Below are positions 9,101 to 17,733 of a stretch of 28,382 nt of DNA, one piece after another. Numbering within the stretch: the stretch's first letter is position 1; every line of letters begins with the position of its first letter. This DNA comes from Bacillota bacterium. Lineage in GTDB: Bacteria > Bacillota > Clostridia > Oscillospirales > Ruminococcaceae. The stretch spans positions 1 through 28,382 of the forward strand of contig JAEXNS010000217.1 of NCBI GenBank assembly GCA_023439605.1, written 5' to 3'. Position numbers and translations under genes: made by a program. Below the pieces are notes generated by a model. That model was given only the letters and a program-made list of their open reading frames with translations. It ran no database searches and was not told the DNA's origin.

Positions 9101-9999
9101 TATGTAAAATTCATATTTATAATTGTATCTGAAGTAGGAATAAAAGAATATTGATTATCAACAACTTCGGATATTTTTTCAACATTATTTATTAACAATG
9201 AAGATAATTCATAATCATCATCAGGGAAAAATTCTAGATCAATATATCCACCTGCAGCGATATCATATGTGTAGTTAGGCATACCACCAAATACATTTGA
9301 AATACTATAATTTCCGTTGTATATATATGGTTGCATAAATATATTATAATCAGTTATAGGTTGTGTAGTAGTAGTTGTTGTGGTAGTAGTGGGCACAGTG
9401 GTAGTAGTTGTAGTGGTAGTTACAGTGGTTGTAGTAGAAGAAGTAGTTGAACTTGTACTTGCTGTTGTAGAGGTTGTAACAGAAGGTGCAAGAGAAAGAG
9501 TATAAGTAAGATTGCTAGCTGAAAAGTTGGATTCATCAGCTATTTGACATTTAACCTTATCTGTTTCTAAAAATTTATTAGCATTTAATCCATTTGTTAA
9601 AACAACAATATCATTAATAGTGTAACCAGATATTAATTGAAAAGTTATAAAAGTATAATATATTGTTTCGCCTTCAGCTACATTAAATGTTTGAGTGTAT
9701 AAAAATTCTTGATTAGTGCCTAAATTTGAATTATAGTGATATTTTAAAGTACCAGGGACAATAATGTTTGAAATATTATTGTCTATAGTAATTGATTCTA
9801 TAGAGTCATAACCTTTTACATTATTTTTATTTATGATTTTTATGGAATCAAAATTTTCTGCATCAATATTAATTTCATGAGATGTTATTGTATTTAATTC
9901 AATATGTTCAGCGTATACCATAAATATATTATTTAACAAAAAAAGAACAGGCATAATAAAAGCCATAAATTTTATAAACTTTTTTTTATTTTTATACAT
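6169..9999 (-). CDS. Large secreted modular protein: signal peptide, Thr-rich linkers, ~3 small beta-rich repeats (InlB-B/Flg_new-like), then ~300-aa beta-solenoid-like modules
   Basis: Lys-rich plus hydrophobic N-terminus ending VYA; poly-Thr tract; repeated I.P.eGY.lssl.iN motif. ATG 9999 follows GAGGTG. Domain names are by-eye inferences. Confidence 0.75.
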   Translation of the reverse strand: MYKNKKKFIKFMAFIMPVLFLLNNIFMVYAEHIELNTITSHEINIDAENFDSIKIINKNNVKGYDSIESITIDNNISNIIVPGTLKYHYNSNLGTNQEFLYTQTFNVAEGETIYYTFITFQLISGYTINDIVVLTNGLNANKFLETDKVKCQIADESNFSASNLTYTLSLAPSVTTSTTASTSSTTSSTTTTVTTTTTTTTVPTTTTTTTTTQPITDYNIFMQPYIYNGNYSISNVFGGMPNYTYDIAAGGYIDLEFFPDDDYELSSLLINNVEKISEVVDNQYSFIPTSDTIINMNFTYSLDYYNLTWSPSVGGNISVEENESSPYTYYKNSGTVTITLNPEEGYSVSAFFINGSNKFSQLVNNTYTYTPNSNATISATFTGASITTTTEESITEETDTSITDVTTSSSATNISSLDTGTQISSSEIVTTTQNLDPINFNIVVNGGGIVNASCSNIVDGVATFIPGEEVTLTIIPNDKTKALSSITKNNLTVMLEISSENTYTFTPNLNDTIEVTFSDSIYIVDDYYGYRIWSHAISRMNEEDSDYVLEILDDVVETELIKTPIVHNLIIKSGKKSGEDVVPITINSPNLSFTLNSNVIFENVKFNNNLSILLREYNFTINELDPLIHSITATSTNAKLIVNTDLVLNGNILGEPTIELNANLSLKGTGTINNLIFNKNEVIFTHENTVSTQKITVNTGSGTINSNIYTLRIKDIDTTLTDAATPLNINVRQYDRGSLINLIPLLYVTGEIKLNANKNVKINVFTKNDEEYKIENLAQLSIQTIIVRGVNSDISPYLSIGNKPEDTSKNYSFYKDGINLKIGVKYIELFADQNSEGLKSIGNYIRFQDAITNINSLTSPTDITIEISGDVPNYGLLSLPNYPITIKGKTGEETLNFTGHITLKSDLTLKNIKINNNLSSGVAVNLSNKNLVVDENVTAIFNTINDSTKIVSPNVRLSSLTIKNGENLEFKKTIKNIETINIYGDTFINSSVLNIGTLNIAENTKLYLKLGATVNNLTYKNGSKILLYNYKNKAYKPILIKNSISNLNGQDKLLINVVDASYNLTNVYQRSLIVKLTKNSTIKANSFYTESQNFKANLDDNSLITTKSGTSILITSKSIELNGIKENSTSDFQKFVTIHEAIDHINNNSDYSYTINIFNNVSSSIVMELPQNITEIKSETFPQEDMLYKVYFSKDITVKSSELKLKNINLSFGSSMNPILNSKLSIYCDNANLNAKTAIIDTLDMDNSSKARFISRGNVKNIIFKNGSEVSGNISS
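9361..9480 (-). repeat. Low-complexity ACN-codon tract encoding a Thr/Ser-rich linker
   Basis: GTA/GTT/GTG triplet run on the + strand encoding TTTTVTTTTTTTTVPTTTTTTTT. Confidence 0.85.
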
Positions 10000-10055
10000 A
10001 AAAAAGCACCTCACCATTAATAATATTTGTAAAAACTATATAAATTTCTAATCAT

Positions 10056-10084
10056 ATTATATCATACTTTAGTCTATATGTCAA
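10056..10084 (-). promoter_or_regulatory. Sigma-A promoter for the large secreted protein
   Basis: Minus strand TTGACA-17bp-TATAAT with extended TG. Confidence 0.8.
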
Positions 10085-10163
10085 CTATAATATATTATTT
10101 TGGTGTATTTTGTGCTTTATAAACAAATCCTGCGATAGAAAGTTATTTATAAAATATTATTGT

Positions 10164-10206
10164 AATTCAAAAACCTCTACCGTTAAATGGCAGAGGTTTT
10201 TGAATT
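10164..10206 (-). terminator. Intrinsic terminator after the ABC permease
   Basis: Minus strand AATTCAAAAACCTCTGCC-ATTTAAC-GGTAGAGGTTTTTGAATT directly after the stop codon. Confidence 0.85.
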
Positions 10207-11442
10207 TTATTCGTATCTCAAAGCTTCGATAGGGTCAAGTTTTGATGCTTTATTTGCAGGATAATATCCAAAGAAAATACCAATAGCCATTGAAAAAAAC
10301 ACGGCAATTAATATTGCTAAAATAGAGGGTGATGCATTCGTTTTGATTATTAAACCACCTATATTGCCTAAGACTACACCTAAAATAACACCAATAATTC
10401 CACCTATGATGCAAATTATCGAAGATTCAACGATGAATTGAGTCCTAATTGCTGAATTAGGTGCTCCTAAAGCTTTCCTAATTCCAATTTCTCTTGTTCT
10501 TTCTGTAACGGAAACAAGCATAATATTCATAACACCTATTCCACCAACAACTAGAGAAATACCAGCTATAATAGAAAGAATAAGCTTTAAAATGTTTAAA
10601 AATTTATAAATCATCGTTAAGTATTCTTCGGTATTATCAACTGAAATTTTAAAGCTATCATTTTCAGAATAATATTTTCTGTTTAAATAATTTATTGTTT
10701 TTTCTGATAATTCATCTAAATCAATATTTTCTTTTGCGGTAACTGTAAAATAAAAGTGTCCTGAAAAATTATAAACCATTTCTTTTCCTAAGGAAATAGG
10801 AATAAAGACAGAATCTTTTGCCTCACCCATAAATGTAGAAGGTGGTTTTATATATGTTCCTATAATTGTAAAGTCTAAAAAAGTATCATTAAGATTGACA
10901 GTTATTTGTTGTCCTAAAGCAGAAGATTCATCTTTAAATAATTTTTTAGCCATTTTATTTGGAATTAAACAAATATGTTTTGTTTTTTCTATATCTTTTT
11001 CCTGTATATTTCTACCTTTAGAAATCTTAAATCCATTAGCGTTAAAAAAACCAATATCAACACTGTCGACAGTAACATCTTCTCTGATTTTCCCTTTTTG
11101 AATATTTCCGCCACCTACATTTATTGATATAGAAGTATCAACAATATAATTAGAAAATTTCTTTTTGTAATCTTCAATCATTTCCTCTTTTATTGTATCA
11201 TCTCTATTTAATCTGCTTCTTACTGGATTTTCATTGGATGTAACATAGGGATATATAACTCTATTTGAAATGCCTATATCGGAAAATAATTTATTTAAGC
11301 CTTTATCTGCAATTATGCCTAAAGTGGTAATCATAATTACTGAACTTATACCTATAATAATTCCTAACATTGTTAAAAAAGAACGCATTTTATTAGATTT
11401 AATACATCCTATAGCATTAGTTATATTTTCTGAAATGTTCAT
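10207..11442 (-). CDS. MacB/FtsX-family ABC transporter permease
   Basis: RSFLTMLGIIIGISSV, GGIGVMNIMLVSVTERTREIGIRKALGA and DPIEALRYE motifs. Confidence 0.93.
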   Translation of the reverse strand: MNISENITNAIGCIKSNKMRSFLTMLGIIIGISSVIMITTLGIIADKGLNKLFSDIGISNRVIYPYVTSNENPVRSRLNRDDTIKEEMIEDYKKKFSNYIVDTSISINVGGGNIQKGKIREDVTVDSVDIGFFNANGFKISKGRNIQEKDIEKTKHICLIPNKMAKKLFKDESSALGQQITVNLNDTFLDFTIIGTYIKPPSTFMGEAKDSVFIPISLGKEMVYNFSGHFYFTVTAKENIDLDELSEKTINYLNRKYYSENDSFKISVDNTEEYLTMIYKFLNILKLILSIIAGISLVVGGIGVMNIMLVSVTERTREIGIRKALGAPNSAIRTQFIVESSIICIIGGIIGVILGVVLGNIGGLIIKTNASPSILAILIAVFFSMAIGIFFGYYPANKASKLDPIEALRYE

Positions 11443-12164
11443 GCTTCTTTTTCAACTCGTATTCTATTAGTGTTAATTACATTTGAAATGATATGACCGT
11501 CAGACAACGTTATTACTCTATCTGTTTCAGAAGCTAGTTCGTTGTTATGTGTTATCAAAACAATTGTCTTTCCTTGTGTTTTGTTTAATTTGTGAAATAA
11601 ATCCATAACCATCCTACCGGTTTTTGAGGCCAAAGCACCTGTTGGCTCATCAGCAAGTATTATAGAAGGGTTGTTTGCCATAGCTCTAGCTATAGATACA
11701 CGTTGTTTTTGTCCACCTGAAAGTTCATTTGGCATATGTGACATTCTATCTTCCATTTCAACTATTGATAATAGTTCCTTTGCTCTTTGTATTCTTTGTT
11801 TTTTAGGAACGCCAGCATATAACATTGGTAATTCAACATTTTTTAACGCTGAAGTTCTAGGGATTAAATTAAAACTTTGGAATACAAATCCTATTTTTTT
11901 ATTTCTTATTTCAGATAAGCTTTTATCATTTTCCTTAGATAAGTTTATGTTATCCAAGAAGTATTCACCCATAGTAGGACGATCTAAGCAACCAATGATA
12001 TTCATTAATGTTGATTTTCCAGAACCTGAAGCACCAACTATGGATATAAATTCACCTTTGTTTACATTAAAATTTAATCCATGTAAGATTTCTAATTCAT
12101 TTTCTGTACCAACATAAAATTTTTTTATTATTGAATTCGCTTTAATTATTTCCATATTATTCAC
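11439..12164 (-). CDS. MacB/LolD-family ABC ATP-binding protein
   Basis: Walker A GASGSGKST, signature LSGGQ, Walker B ILADE, H-loop ITH. Stop overlaps the permease start (ATGA). Confidence 0.94.
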   Translation of the reverse strand: MNNMEIIKANSIIKKFYVGTENELEILHGLNFNVNKGEFISIVGASGSGKSTLMNIIGCLDRPTMGEYFLDNINLSKENDKSLSEIRNKKIGFVFQSFNLIPRTSALKNVELPMLYAGVPKKQRIQRAKELLSIVEMEDRMSHMPNELSGGQKQRVSIARAMANNPSIILADEPTGALASKTGRMVMDLFHKLNKTQGKTIVLITHNNELASETDRVITLSDGHIISNVINTNRIRVEKEA

Positions 12165-13721
12165 TCACTTTTCATTTATTTTTATTTCTTGACCATTTTT
12201 TATGTTTGAAATATCTGATATAACTTTCATGTTATCAGTAAATTCATTTGATATTACTTCAACATCATAATCACTCTCAAAACCAATTTCAACTGGAATT
12301 TGTTTAGCTATATATTTATTTTTATCTTTATTTTGTTCTACAGCAACATATATATAATCTTTATCTTTTTCATTTATAATTACATCAAAAGGAACGGCAA
12401 AAACATTTTCGGATTTTTCTGCTACAATAGAAATTTTTGTATTCATACCCAATAGTAAATTTGTATTTTCAGAAATAACATCAATCTCAACTGTGTATAC
12501 ATTTATACCTTCTAGATTTAATGTTGCCTTTGGATGTATTAAAGTTATTTTGCCTGAATATTCATCTGAGTTTAATGTATTTGGCTTTATAATAACATTT
12601 TGTCCTACCTTAACATTTGATATATCTTTTTCTTTTATACTAGCGTTTATTTTCAAGAGATTTGTATTTTCAATACTAAATAATAAACCAGATGAAATAT
12701 TCCCCTCTACAGCACCAATATAAGTAATAGTACCACTTACAGGAGCTACAACAGTACACTCTTCTATTTTTTTATTTAGAATTTCAATTTCAGAATAATT
12801 TTCTGTAATTTCATTTGTAGAAGAAGGTAAACTGGATTCTAATTTTTTTACTAAATCTTCTGAATTTTTTACAGCTCTTTCTGCTAGTTTAATGTTTTCT
12901 TTGTGTTGCTCATTTATGTTTTGTTTAGCTTTTTCATAATTTTCAACTGCAGAATTATAGTCAATAATATTGTTTTCTGCTGTAACTACCATGGAGTATA
13001 GAGAAGCTAATGATGAATAATCTTCATTTAAAATTTTATTTTGCAATTCATTATAAGCAAGTGTTGAAATATCTAAAGCCTGCTGAAGCTGTGGTTTATT
13101 ATCATCTGAAGAAACGTCGTATTGATTTTTTAATTGATTTAAAGCAAGGAATGCAGAGTTTAATAATTCATTGTTTTTATTATCAATTTGTTGTTTAGCA
13201 TTATTATAAGTATCCAAAGCATTTTCGTAGTTTTGCTCTGTAGTTTCGACACTGTCTATAATTGCTTGTAAATTTTTTATAGAGTAGTAATCTTCATTTT
13301 GATATCTAATTAATGCATTATTATAGTCATCTTTTGCATATTGTAATTGTTTTTTTGCAGATTCTAAATCAAGGTTTGTAGTAGTTTTAGAAATTTTTAG
13401 TTGATTCAGTTGATTTTTTAATTCATCAGAGTTTATAATGCATAAAATATCACCTTTGTTAACTTTGTCACCTATTTTTACATTTACTTTTTCTACAGTA
13501 GAGTTTGTTATAGAAAAAACATCTTTTCTTGTTGTACTATCAACCACACCGTTCGAATTAATTAAATTTGATAAGTCTTTTTGCTCCAAATTAATTATAT
13601 TTACATTTGGTATACTATTTTTTTTTGAAGATAAGGTACTAAAAACAAAAAAAGAAGTTAATCCACCAATAATCACAGTTGAAGAAATCGCGATTATAAT
13701 CTTTTTTTTCTTGGATTTCAT
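12165..13721 (-). CDS. MacA-like membrane-fusion (adaptor) protein with long coiled coil
   Basis: N-terminal TM; barrel-sandwich hybrid halves VNVKIGDKVNKGD and VVAPVSGTI around a long helical region; located upstream of the ATPase and permease. Confidence 0.88.
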   Translation of the reverse strand: MKSKKKKIIIAISSTVIIGGLTSFFVFSTLSSKKNSIPNVNIINLEQKDLSNLINSNGVVDSTTRKDVFSITNSTVEKVNVKIGDKVNKGDILCIINSDELKNQLNQLKISKTTTNLDLESAKKQLQYAKDDYNNALIRYQNEDYYSIKNLQAIIDSVETTEQNYENALDTYNNAKQQIDNKNNELLNSAFLALNQLKNQYDVSSDDNKPQLQQALDISTLAYNELQNKILNEDYSSLASLYSMVVTAENNIIDYNSAVENYEKAKQNINEQHKENIKLAERAVKNSEDLVKKLESSLPSSTNEITENYSEIEILNKKIEECTVVAPVSGTITYIGAVEGNISSGLLFSIENTNLLKINASIKEKDISNVKVGQNVIIKPNTLNSDEYSGKITLIHPKATLNLEGINVYTVEIDVISENTNLLLGMNTKISIVAEKSENVFAVPFDVIINEKDKDYIYVAVEQNKDKNKYIAKQIPVEIGFESDYDVEVISNEFTDNMKVISDISNIKNGQEIKINEK

Positions 13722-13765
13722 TTTATATACTCCTTAATGTATAATATGTTTACTACACTAGTTAT

Positions 13766-13794
13766 ATAGTACACTAATTTAAAACATAAGTCAA
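13766..13794 (-). promoter_or_regulatory. Probable sigma-A promoter for the ABC operon
   Basis: Minus strand TTGACT-17bp-TACTAT. Confidence 0.55.
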
Positions 13795-13806
13795 TATAAT
13801 ATTATG

Positions 13807-13856
13807 AAAAAAAGCAGATTAAAATAATATTTGTAAAATATCACTATAATCTGCTT
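13807..13856 (-). terminator. Probable intrinsic terminator after the rhomboid gene
   Basis: Minus strand AAGCAGATTA...TAATCTGCTT followed by a T-run. Confidence 0.65.
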
Positions 13857-13876
13857 GATTTATTTTTAAAAATTAG

Positions 13877-14458
13877 CTACATTGTTTTTTGCTTATTTTT
13901 TGACATTAAATATCCAAAAAAAGCACCACAAATACCGCCAATTATATGAGTGATTTGAGAAATGTTATCATTTGAAAAAACACCTTTCATTATCTCGTTG
14001 CCAATATAAGCTATAGAAACAACAATAAAGGTTAAAGGAATAGTTCCGGATTTAAAGTTTGTAAAAGAACTTAATAAAATAAGCATAAAAGCAATACCAC
14101 TTGCACCTAATAAGGCAGATGTAGGGAAGAAGATAACGTTTATTAGACCAGTAATAAATGCAGTAAGAATAATCATATATAATATTTTTTTGCTACCATA
14201 CTTTTCTTCTAAAATAGGCCCTATAAGTAAAATTATCATAAAGTTACTTGTATAATGTCCCCAATCTGCATGACCAAGAACATGTGTAAATAATCTCAAA
14301 TAAAATAAGGGATTTAAAAGTGAGTCTCTATAGACTGAGAACAAGAGTGAAGTTGAATTTTTTCCAGTTATCATACTTAATATCATTGCGATTAAAGCTA
14401 TAAAAGTAAATGTTAAAACAACAGGGGAATTATACTGTACTTTTTTTAATAGTTTCAT
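13877..14458 (-). CDS. Rhomboid-family intramembrane serine protease
   Basis: H...H.D..H...N (THVLGHADWGHYTSN), catalytic GASG and HIIGG motifs; multiple TM segments. Confidence 0.9.
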   Translation of the reverse strand: MKLLKKVQYNSPVVLTFTFIALIAMILSMITGKNSTSLLFSVYRDSLLNPLFYLRLFTHVLGHADWGHYTSNFMIILLIGPILEEKYGSKKILYMIILTAFITGLINVIFFPTSALLGASGIAFMLILLSSFTNFKSGTIPLTFIVVSIAYIGNEIMKGVFSNDNISQITHIIGGICGAFFGYLMSKNKQKTM

Positions 14459-14460
14459 GA

Positions 14461-15153
14461 CTAGTCTCCTTTATTTTTGTTTAATCTATTTGTTTTTATT
14501 TTTAACAATATCATTATAATCCAAATCAATGCAAAAACAGAACTAACAGCAATTATAAAATATGGTTTAGTTGATGATTGAGAATAAATAATATATGGAA
14601 TGATGTGTTGACTTACGTCATTACTTTCAGTTATGTCAAACCAGTTTGTTTGGTTGAACCATTCGATCATATATCCTTTTAACTCATCATCCATAGGTTT
14701 GATTTTACCTTTAAAGGCATAATTTGAACTAGGGTAATCAGCTTTGCCTTGCAAATACTTTAAAGTATCAGTTGAAATTTCATTGAATTTTTTCCATTCG
14801 TCTTTTTTACTGCTTTCGACTGCAATATACATTTCTTCTGATAAATTATCATTAATTATTGGCATTATAAAATATTTAGAAGAAGTTTTTTTAGGAAGAT
14901 TAATAAAAAAGAGGGAGTTGGTATTTTGATTTTCAGCAAATTGATCCAATAAATAATTTATATTTCCGGATACATATTGCTCAGTTTCAAATTGGTTAAT
15001 ATTAAAATTGTTAAAATCAGCAGTTGCATTGGAAATTCGCTTATTTTCGGCTATTTCGTTTATACCGTAAAAAAGTAAAATTATAGTTGATAAAGGCAAT
15101 AAAATATAGACTTTTATTCTATCAATTGTTTTATATATAATATTTGAACTCAT
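14461..15153 (-). CDS. Hypothetical membrane protein (N- and C-terminal TM, soluble central domain)
   Basis: Two hydrophobic segments; GGGG RBS-like sequence upstream; ends 2 nt before the rhomboid start. Confidence 0.78.
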   Translation of the reverse strand: MSSNIIYKTIDRIKVYILLPLSTIILLFYGINEIAENKRISNATADFNNFNINQFETEQYVSGNINYLLDQFAENQNTNSLFFINLPKKTSSKYFIMPIINDNLSEEMYIAVESSKKDEWKKFNEISTDTLKYLQGKADYPSSNYAFKGKIKPMDDELKGYMIEWFNQTNWFDITESNDVSQHIIPYIIYSQSSTKPYFIIAVSSVFALIWIIMILLKIKTNRLNKNKGD

Positions 15154-15225
15154 TTATAACCCCTTGTATATGATATAATATACTTTTATAAAATGAAAAT
15201 TATTTAAAAAAGTATTATGTATACT

Positions 15226-15255
15226 AATATACCATATTTTTAACCATTGTGTCAA
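15226..15255 (-). promoter_or_regulatory. Probable sigma-A promoter
   Basis: Minus strand TTGACA-18bp-TATATT with extended TG. Confidence 0.55.
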
Positions 15256-15294
15256 TTGTTATTTTCATTATTTATGTTTAATTTTTCTAAATTG

Positions 15295-15427
15295 GTGTTG
15301 CTAATTAGCCATATGTATAAGGCAGAGTTGTTTTACCGAAGAACCATAGTGATAGAAAAGCTCGGTCGACTCCACAGAGTCGAAACTCCTGTAAAATAGT
15401 AAACTTTAACTTTTGGCTGAATAGTAA
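15295..15427 (-). repeat. Family A element, copy A5 (reverse orientation, decayed second hairpin)
   Basis: Reverse complement reads TTACTATTCAGCCA ... GGAGTTTCGACTCTGTGGAGTCGACCGAGCTTTTC ... TACATATGGCTAATTAGCAACAC. Confidence 0.87.
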
Positions 15428-15467
15428 TGATAAATATAATATTTATAATAATTTGTTTATTTAATGC

Positions 15468-15496
15468 TTGAAAAGATGATAATTATTTGTTATAAT
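15468..15496 (+). promoter_or_regulatory. Sigma-A promoter for the moxR operon
   Basis: TTGAAA-17bp-TATAAT with extended TG. Confidence 0.7.
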
Positions 15497-15527
15497 TAAT
15501 AATAAAACATGAAAAAGGAGAAATTTT

Positions 15528-16457
15528 ATGGAAGCAAATGTTCAATTATTAATAGACAGTATTGAAAAAGTTATTGTCGGAAAGACAGATATTATAAAAA
15601 AAGTTATATCTTCACTTTTGTGCGATGGACATATTTTAATCGAAGATGTACCAGGAGTAGGGAAAACGCAATTGGTGGCATCTCTTGCACGTTCACTTCA
15701 TGGTAAATTTAATAGAATACAAATGACCCCAGACATTATGCCTTCAGATATTTTAGGTTTTTCTATGTTAAATCCTCAAACAAAGGATTTTGAATATAGA
15801 GATGGGGTAGCTATGTGTAATTTTTTACTCGCAGATGAAATTAATCGTGCTTCCCCAAAAGCACAGTCTAGTTTACTGGAAGTTATGGAAGAGTACCAAA
15901 TAAGTCTAGATGGAGTTACAAGAAAATTACCCAGACCTTTTATGGTTTTAGCAACTCAAAATCCCGTAGAGACATATGGAACATATCATTTACCAGAGGC
16001 ACAAATGGACAGATTTTTACTAAAAATAAGCATGGGATATCCTAGTATAGAAGAAGAAAAGTTAATAATAGAAAGAACTGAAAGCCAAAATCCAATAAAT
16101 TTAATAAATGAACCTGTTTTAAATTTGGAGGATATAGTTAAACTGCAGCAACAAGTTACTAAAGTTAAAGTTTCTGAAAAAGTAAGAGACTATATACTTG
16201 ATATAGTAAATGCAACTAGAAACAATGATTTTATAGTACTTGGTGTTAGTCCTAGAGGAAGTATAAGTTTGTATAAAGCCGCAAAAGCAGTGGCTTTTAT
16301 TGAAGGTAGAAATTTTGTAACACCAAATGATATTTCATATATTGCAAGTGAAGTTTTATCTCATAGAATTATTTTATCTGCAAAAGGAAAAACAGTTTAT
16401 CATACATCTTCTAACTTATTATCTGAGATATTTAAAACAATAGCCATACCAATGTAA
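15528..16457 (+). CDS. moxR: MoxR-family AAA+ ATPase
   Basis: GHILIEDVPGVGKT, RIQMTPDIMPSDI, LADEINRA, ATQNPVE, LPEAQMDRF and GVSPRG motifs. Confidence 0.93.
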   Translation: MEANVQLLIDSIEKVIVGKTDIIKKVISSLLCDGHILIEDVPGVGKTQLVASLARSLHGKFNRIQMTPDIMPSDILGFSMLNPQTKDFEYRDGVAMCNFLLADEINRASPKAQSSLLEVMEEYQISLDGVTRKLPRPFMVLATQNPVETYGTYHLPEAQMDRFLLKISMGYPSIEEEKLIIERTESQNPINLINEPVLNLEDIVKLQQQVTKVKVSEKVRDYILDIVNATRNNDFIVLGVSPRGSISLYKAAKAVAFIEGRNFVTPNDISYIASEVLSHRIILSAKGKTVYHTSSNLLSEIFKTIAIPM

Positions 16458-16484
16458 AATAAATAGTAAAGGAAATATATAATT

Positions 16485-17672
16485 ATGAGAACTTTTCTTT
16501 CTTTTGCATTTATAATACTTGCTTCAATAATATACATAAGATACTTAGATGCAAAAAATGGGCTAATTATTCTTTATTTTTTTACTTTATTACCTTTATT
16601 ATCTGTATTGATTACTTTTTTGACTAAAAATAAAATAGAAATTGAACTTGATATAAAAGATGATATTTTAACAAAAAATCATAAATCAAAATTAAAGTTA
16701 ATGATTAATAAAAAAATCCGTTTACCTATTCCTTTTGTATCTATTAAAATCCAGCAGGTAGAACATTTTGATAAATTGGAAATTGATACATTTAGAATTT
16801 CTATGTCAGAGGAAAAAAAATTTAAAACATATCTAGAATTTACTCCACGTATATGTGGGAAAACAGAAATAATAGTAAGTGAAGCGTATATTTATGATTA
16901 TTTAGGATTATATAAATTTAATTTATTAAAGATTAATATCATTATGAAAACAGTTTATATAAAACCAGATATACCAGAAATAGAGCAGAATAATGAATTG
17001 TTTAGAAATATATGTACAAATGTTTTTAACAATGATGATGATGAAAGCAATTCTACATTTTCTTTTAATTTAGGTTCTATTCCAGGGTATGAGTATAGAA
17101 ACTATGTACCTGGTGATTCTATGAAGAAAATTAATTGGAAACTTTCATCTAAACGTGATGAGTTAATGGTGAGGCTTGATGAAGTTGCACCTTTTAATAA
17201 ACCTACAATTATCATTGACTATGTCAAATCTACTCAAATTCATAATTATCGTGAAAGACTTTTAACAGAGGAAAGAGTTCTTGAGGCTGCTTTGGGGATG
17301 ATGCTTCTTTGTGTTAAACAAGGCTTAGAGTGCTATTATGAATATCTTGATAAAACAGAGTGGACTACACAAGTAATATCAAATATAGACGATATTAAAA
17401 TAGCTGCAATAAACATAGGTAAAAACATATTTCTTTTTAATAGTAACAGAGAAACAAGATTTCCAAGTTTTCTTTATGAAAGAAAAAAATCAGTAGGTGT
17501 AGTTTTGTTTTTTACAACTGAATTAGATAAAAATATAATAAGTGAATCAGAAGAATTGTTAAGGCTAGGTACAGAAGTTGATATTATAACCAGTAATAAT
17601 AATCCTCAAAATATAATAGGAAATAATGTGTGGTTAATAGATGAGTATTATAATATAGCACCGAGTATATAA
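16485..17672 (+). CDS. DUF58-domain protein
   Basis: N-terminal TMs; EYRNYVPGDSMKKINWKLSSK motif; follows moxR. Confidence 0.88.
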   Translation: MRTFLSFAFIILASIIYIRYLDAKNGLIILYFFTLLPLLSVLITFLTKNKIEIELDIKDDILTKNHKSKLKLMINKKIRLPIPFVSIKIQQVEHFDKLEIDTFRISMSEEKKFKTYLEFTPRICGKTEIIVSEAYIYDYLGLYKFNLLKINIIMKTVYIKPDIPEIEQNNELFRNICTNVFNNDDDESNSTFSFNLGSIPGYEYRNYVPGDSMKKINWKLSSKRDELMVRLDEVAPFNKPTIIIDYVKSTQIHNYRERLLTEERVLEAALGMMLLCVKQGLECYYEYLDKTEWTTQVISNIDDIKIAAINIGKNIFLFNSNRETRFPSFLYERKKSVGVVLFFTTELDKNIISESEELLRLGTEVDIITSNNNPQNIIGNNVWLIDEYYNIAPSI

Positions 17673-17733
17673 AGTGCTTTTTAAACTTATATTGAGGAAA
17701 GGAGAAAAGCTAATTTTTAATTAGTTTTGTTTA

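Noticed and set aside
10895..14929. Short plus-strand ORFs within the ABC operon and the 14461-15153 gene
   Set aside because: Antisense shadows of well-supported genes.
17693..17733. Strong RBS-like GAGGAAAGGAG with no start codon at normal spacing upstream of the transglutaminase gene
   Set aside because: An in-frame TAG at 17722-17724 blocks extension. It may reflect start-site decay or chance, and cannot be resolved without homologues.
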